From: an uncultured Acidobacteriota bacterium
GTDB taxonomy: Bacteria > Acidobacteriota > Thermoanaerobaculia > UBA5066 > DATFVB01
DNA: 64,000 nucleotides
Direction: 5' to 3'
NCBI GenBank assembly: GCA_963813155.1
Contig: CAWEYG010000001.1
Coordinates: 860,347 to 924,346 of the forward strand
The position numbers and the translations under genes are program-made. Positions 60,701 through 64,000 of the stretch are shown in pieces (positions within the stretch are counted from its first letter, which is position 1; each line of letters opens with the position of its first letter). The notes under the pieces are model-generated. The model saw only the letters and a list, made by a program, of their open reading frames with translations, searched no databases and was not told the DNA's origin.

Positions 60701-60749
60701 ATGGTAATGGCTATGGGAATTCGAACACAAATGGCTATCGCGACTGACC
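60701..60749. promoter_or_regulatory. MocR operator site D, abutting the -10 of the mocR gene
   Basis: Plus strand ATGGCTAT-N16-ATGGCTAT-N7-GACC; minus-strand TACCAT at 60701-60706. Confidence 0.72.
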
Positions 60750-60765
60750 TATCGGCGGTTCAAAG

Positions 60766-61254
60766 ATGAATCCGACCGAGAGGAGCCGAGGTATGGATGC
60801 CGCACGCGAGTTCGATTTTCTGGAAGGACAGTGGGACGCCCTCAGCCGCGTTCCCTCGCCGGATGGGTGGGCGGAAGCGCCGGGCACTCTGTCGGCGGCG
60901 CGGGCGCTGGATGGGCTCGTTTCTGTCGAGCATTTCGAGGGGATCTATCACGGAGGCGCCTTGAAAGGCCTCGGATTGCGAGCCTTCAACCGCGAGACGC
61001 GCGAATGGGAGCACACCTGGACCGACAGTCTCGAACCGGGTCACTTCCACGTGTGGAAGGGAGCATTCGGCGACGGAAAGATCGACCTCTTCAGCGAGTG
61101 GATCGAGGCCGGCGGCAACCCGGTCCGATCGCGACTCACGTGGTCAGAAATCACTCAAGACTCCGCACACTGGGAGAGCTCGCGGTCCTCCGACGGCGGG
61201 AAGACCTGGCAGCTGCACTGGGTGATCGACTTCCGCCGGCGAGCCACCCCATGA
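60766..61254 (+). CDS. DUF1579-like beta-barrel protein
   Basis: REFDFLEGQW..GLRAFN..W..WESSRSSDGGKTW..WVIDF; alternative start 60793. Confidence 0.7.
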   Translation: MNPTERSRGMDAAREFDFLEGQWDALSRVPSPDGWAEAPGTLSAARALDGLVSVEHFEGIYHGGALKGLGLRAFNRETREWEHTWTDSLEPGHFHVWKGAFGDGKIDLFSEWIEAGGNPVRSRLTWSEITQDSAHWESSRSSDGGKTWQLHWVIDFRRRATP

Positions 61255-62078
61255 AGACCGGAAGGAGAGTGACGCATGTTCGAGCCACGATCGGGCTCTC
61301 TCTGCTGGCGGTTCGAGCGATGACGGCCCAGACCGGCTCCTCGATCGAGCAGGTCCGGCACCTGAAAGATTTCCCCGTTGTCGAATTTCGACGCTACACG
61401 ATCAAAGACGGCGAACGAAAACATTTCGCCGAATACTTCGAGAGCTATTTCCCCGAGTCCTTCGAGCAGCTCGGGGCCATCGCGTTCGGTCAGTTCCTCG
61501 AGCGAGACGACGCGTCGCATTTCACGTGGCTGCGCGGCTTTCATTCGATCGAGGACCGCGCCGCGGTCAACGGGGCGTTCTATGACGGCCCGCTGTGGAA
61601 AGAGCACCGATCGACGATGAACGACATCCTGCTCGACAGCGACAACGTGCTGCTCCTGCGAGCGCTCCCGGAACACGGCATCCCCGTTCTTCCGGCCGTC
61701 GACCCGGTCCGCGAGGAAAAGGGCGCGCGCGGCGTCGTCGTCGCGCAGATTTTCCCGGTGAAAGCCGGCTTCGCCGACGCCTTCGCGAAACGCGCCGAGG
61801 TGGAATTCGCCGCCTACCGCGCGGCCGGCGTCCGGGAAGCGGGTGTTCTCGTCACTCTCGATGTCCCGAACAACTTTCCGCGGCTTCCGATCCGAACGGA
61901 CGGCCCCTTTCTCGTGTGGCTCGGCGTTCTCGAGGGCGACTCCGCGCTGGAACAGGTCTTTCGCCCCGCCGCAAACCGGTCGGCGCAAACGCTGTCTTCC
62001 ATGGGAATGCTCCGGGACGAGCCGGAGCTCGTCGTCCTCGCGCCGACGCGGCGTTCGCGCCTGCGGTGGTGGCCCTGA
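61251..62078 (+). CDS. NIPSNAP-family protein
   Basis: VVEFRRYTIK.G.R..F; FTWLRGF..R..AFY.GP.W..H; DSDNVLLL; ATGA coupling. Confidence 0.78.
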   Translation: MKTGRRVTHVRATIGLSLLAVRAMTAQTGSSIEQVRHLKDFPVVEFRRYTIKDGERKHFAEYFESYFPESFEQLGAIAFGQFLERDDASHFTWLRGFHSIEDRAAVNGAFYDGPLWKEHRSTMNDILLDSDNVLLLRALPEHGIPVLPAVDPVREEKGARGVVVAQIFPVKAGFADAFAKRAEVEFAAYRAAGVREAGVLVTLDVPNNFPRLPIRTDGPFLVWLGVLEGDSALEQVFRPAANRSAQTLSSMGMLRDEPELVVLAPTRRSRLRWWP

Positions 62079-62081
62079 CGC

Positions 62082-63458
62082 CTAGTCTTCCCTCGGGCTC
62101 CACGGGACGAGAGGCTTCTGGAACTCCTCGCTCGGATGGAAACGGAGCTGGCCGTCCTTGCTCCATTCGACTTTGAGCAATCCCGTCATGCCCGCCTGCT
62201 CCCCCGGCTTTTCGAACGCCGCGACGGAGTAGTAGAAGCCGCCGAGGCCGATCGAGTGGACGAGGACCCTTTCGACTTCGGCCCTCTCGGCGCGGGCACC
62301 GATCCGGAGGGGCCCGCAGGCCGGATCCGGATCGTCGTGATTGATCGTCGGCGGCACGGTGCCCCGCCGGATCGAAAGGCAAGCCGTCACCGCCTGGAGG
62401 GCGGAGGAGCCCGCCCCGTGCTGGCCGAGCATCGATTTGATGGAGTGCACGCGAACCCTCGGGAGCGCTTCGCCGAAGACCTCGGCGAGCGCCATTCCCT
62501 CCAGGCGGTCGTAAATCACGGACGAAGACCCGTTCGCGTTGACGAGGTCGACGTCCGTGGGCTGCCAGCCCGCCTCGTCCATCGCCCCCCGGAACGCCCG
62601 GACGCACGGCCGCAGATCGATCTCGGGAGCGTCGTGGCTGTACTGGCGGTTTCGCCCCGCCGAGCACACCTGGTAGCCCGCGAGCCGCGCGTAAACCCGG
62701 GCGCCGCGCGACCGCGCGTGCGGTTCCGCCTCGAGGAGCAGCGCCGCGGCGCCTTCGCCGATGACGTTTCCGTCGCGGTTTCGGTCGAAAGGCCGCGAAG
62801 CCTCCCCGGGGCGGTCGTTGTAACGCGTCGCGAGCGAGCCGGACGCGTTCAGGGCGAGGATGACCTCCGGCACGACCTCGCAGTCGGAGCCGACGACGAG
62901 CATCGCGTCGGCCGCGCCGGCTTGAATCATCCGAAGCGACTGCCCGAGCGCGTCGATCCCCGAGTTGCAGCCCGAGCTCGTCGTGTGGATCGGCCCGCGA
63001 ATGTTGAAGAACGACGAGAGCACGCACGCGGCCGAGTGATTGAAAGCATGGAAGGCCGCGTGCGGGGGCAGCCGGCCCTCGGCTTCCGAGTGATCTCGAA
63101 GGCGAAACATGTCGCCCAGGTTTCCGACCGAGGTCCCCATGTGGATACCGAGCCGGTCCGGATCGCACGCGTCCAGGTCGAGCTCCGCGTCGTGCAGGGC
63201 GAGGACCGACGCGGCGAGTGCGAGCTGAATCGGACGCGGGGTGTGGCGGCCGAGGACGCTGCCCTTCTCGACGTAGGTGTCGAGGCGAAAGCCCTTCACC
63301 TCCGCCCCGATCTTCGACGGCGACGCCGCCGTGTCGCACAGCGTGATCGGTCCGATCCCGTGGCGGCCGGCTTCGAGCGCTTCCCAAAAAGCGTTCCGGC
63401 CGCACCCGATGGCGCTCACGGGGCCGAGCCCGGTGATGACGACGGGGACGTTGTGCAC
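62082..63458 (-). CDS. FabF/KAS-II-like beta-ketoacyl synthase with an atypical active site
   Basis: VVITGLGPVS.IG; TTSSGCNSG; SRPFD.NRDG.VIGEGA; NANGSSS; KSMLGQH; PPTIN. Confidence 0.85.
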   Translation of the reverse strand: MHNVPVVITGLGPVSAIGCGRNAFWEALEAGRHGIGPITLCDTAASPSKIGAEVKGFRLDTYVEKGSVLGRHTPRPIQLALAASVLALHDAELDLDACDPDRLGIHMGTSVGNLGDMFRLRDHSEAEGRLPPHAAFHAFNHSAACVLSSFFNIRGPIHTTSSGCNSGIDALGQSLRMIQAGAADAMLVVGSDCEVVPEVILALNASGSLATRYNDRPGEASRPFDRNRDGNVIGEGAAALLLEAEPHARSRGARVYARLAGYQVCSAGRNRQYSHDAPEIDLRPCVRAFRGAMDEAGWQPTDVDLVNANGSSSVIYDRLEGMALAEVFGEALPRVRVHSIKSMLGQHGAGSSALQAVTACLSIRRGTVPPTINHDDPDPACGPLRIGARAERAEVERVLVHSIGLGGFYYSVAAFEKPGEQAGMTGLLKVEWSKDGQLRFHPSEEFQKPLVPWSPRED

Positions 63459-63546
63459 CTCGCCGGCTCCTTTCCCGCAGACCTTTTTCCGGCGCCATCG
63501 TATCTCCTGTAGATTATCGACAAGAGTCGCGGAAGGAGAGAACCCC

Positions 63547-64000
63547 ATGAAAAGAAGAGAATTCCTCGAGCAAACCGCCGCCTTCGGACTGCTGGCCGCG
63601 ATTCCGGGAACGCTTCGCGGAACTGCCCCGAAGCATTCCCGGGCGGCGGGACCGCCGGCCGCCCCCCTCCCGGCTCCCGCGACGGGAAGCATCCCCGTCG
63701 CCTTCCTCGTTTCCGACGGTGCCGTGGTGATCGACTTCTGCGGGCCCTGGGAGGTCTTCCAGGACGCGTACATCCCGGGGCGCCCGGACGCGGCATTTCG
63801 GCTCTACACGGTCGCGGAGACGACCAAACCGATCCAGGCGAGCGCCGGAATGAAGATCGTTCCCGACTACTCGTACGAGACCGCGCCCTCGCCGAAAGTC
63901 ATCGTGATTCCGGCGCAGAGCGCGAAAAACGAGGCGACGCTCGATTGGATCCGCAGGTCCGCGAAGACCGCAGATGTCACGATGTCGGTCTGCACGGGCG
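63547..64000 (+). CDS. Tat-exported DJ-1/PfpI-family protein (truncated by the window end)
   Basis: Manual translation: MKRREFLEQ..VAFLVSDGAVVIDFCGPWEVF..IVPDY..SVCTG. Confidence 0.85.
   Translation, partial: MKRREFLEQTAAFGLLAAIPGTLRGTAPKHSRAAGPPAAPLPAPATGSIPVAFLVSDGAVVIDFCGPWEVFQDAYIPGRPDAAFRLYTVAETTKPIQASAGMKIVPDYSYETAPSPKVIVIPAQSAKNEATLDWIRRSAKTADVTMSVCTG

Noticed and set aside
780-63773. N-terminal extensions in the ORF track (780..3953, 26267..29095, 33404.., 36906..38672, 38715..41423, 62082..63773)
   Set aside because: They overlap convincing neighbouring genes; RBS position and paralog alignment support the shorter starts.
1-64000. CRISPR array, DGR, retron, integron, IS or prophage as an explanation for the kinase repeats
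   Set aside because: No regularly spaced repeats, reverse transcriptase, integrase, transposase or phage genes were recognised. The repeated DNA is confined to paralogous coding regions and their leaders.

Overview
High-GC bacterial DNA. The gene content (Hanks kinase-PD40/TPR receptors, acidobacterial VWA protein, Oar-like TonB receptor) points to Acidobacteriota, possibly Thermoanaerobaculia; this is inference. The window holds nine co-oriented minus-strand Ser/Thr kinases with closely similar kinase domains. The eight complete ones are single-pass receptors with divergent beta-propeller or TolB-N/TPR sensor domains. Most have their own TAGAAT -10 element and a non-ATG start codon. Also present: a MazEF-type TA pair, an arsR-arsI-arsC-acr3 operon, two MocR/GabR regulators, two TonB-dependent receptors, a TMEM175 K+ channel, deoC, an orphan FabF-like ketosynthase lacking both catalytic His, and many secreted or membrane proteins. 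The strongest observations read directly from the sequence are three. (1) A four-site operator (RTGGHYWT direct repeat, 24-bp period, GACC 7 nt further on) defining a probable MocR regulon. (2) A gene at 8815-9918 that looks like a chimera of two neighbouring genes joined at a shared VVGR/IIGR motif. (3) Many TANNNT-N6/7-start leaderless promoters. About 15 single-base frameshifts in otherwise intact genes suggest long-read assembly errors. No rRNA, tRNA, CRISPR array or transposase was recognised.
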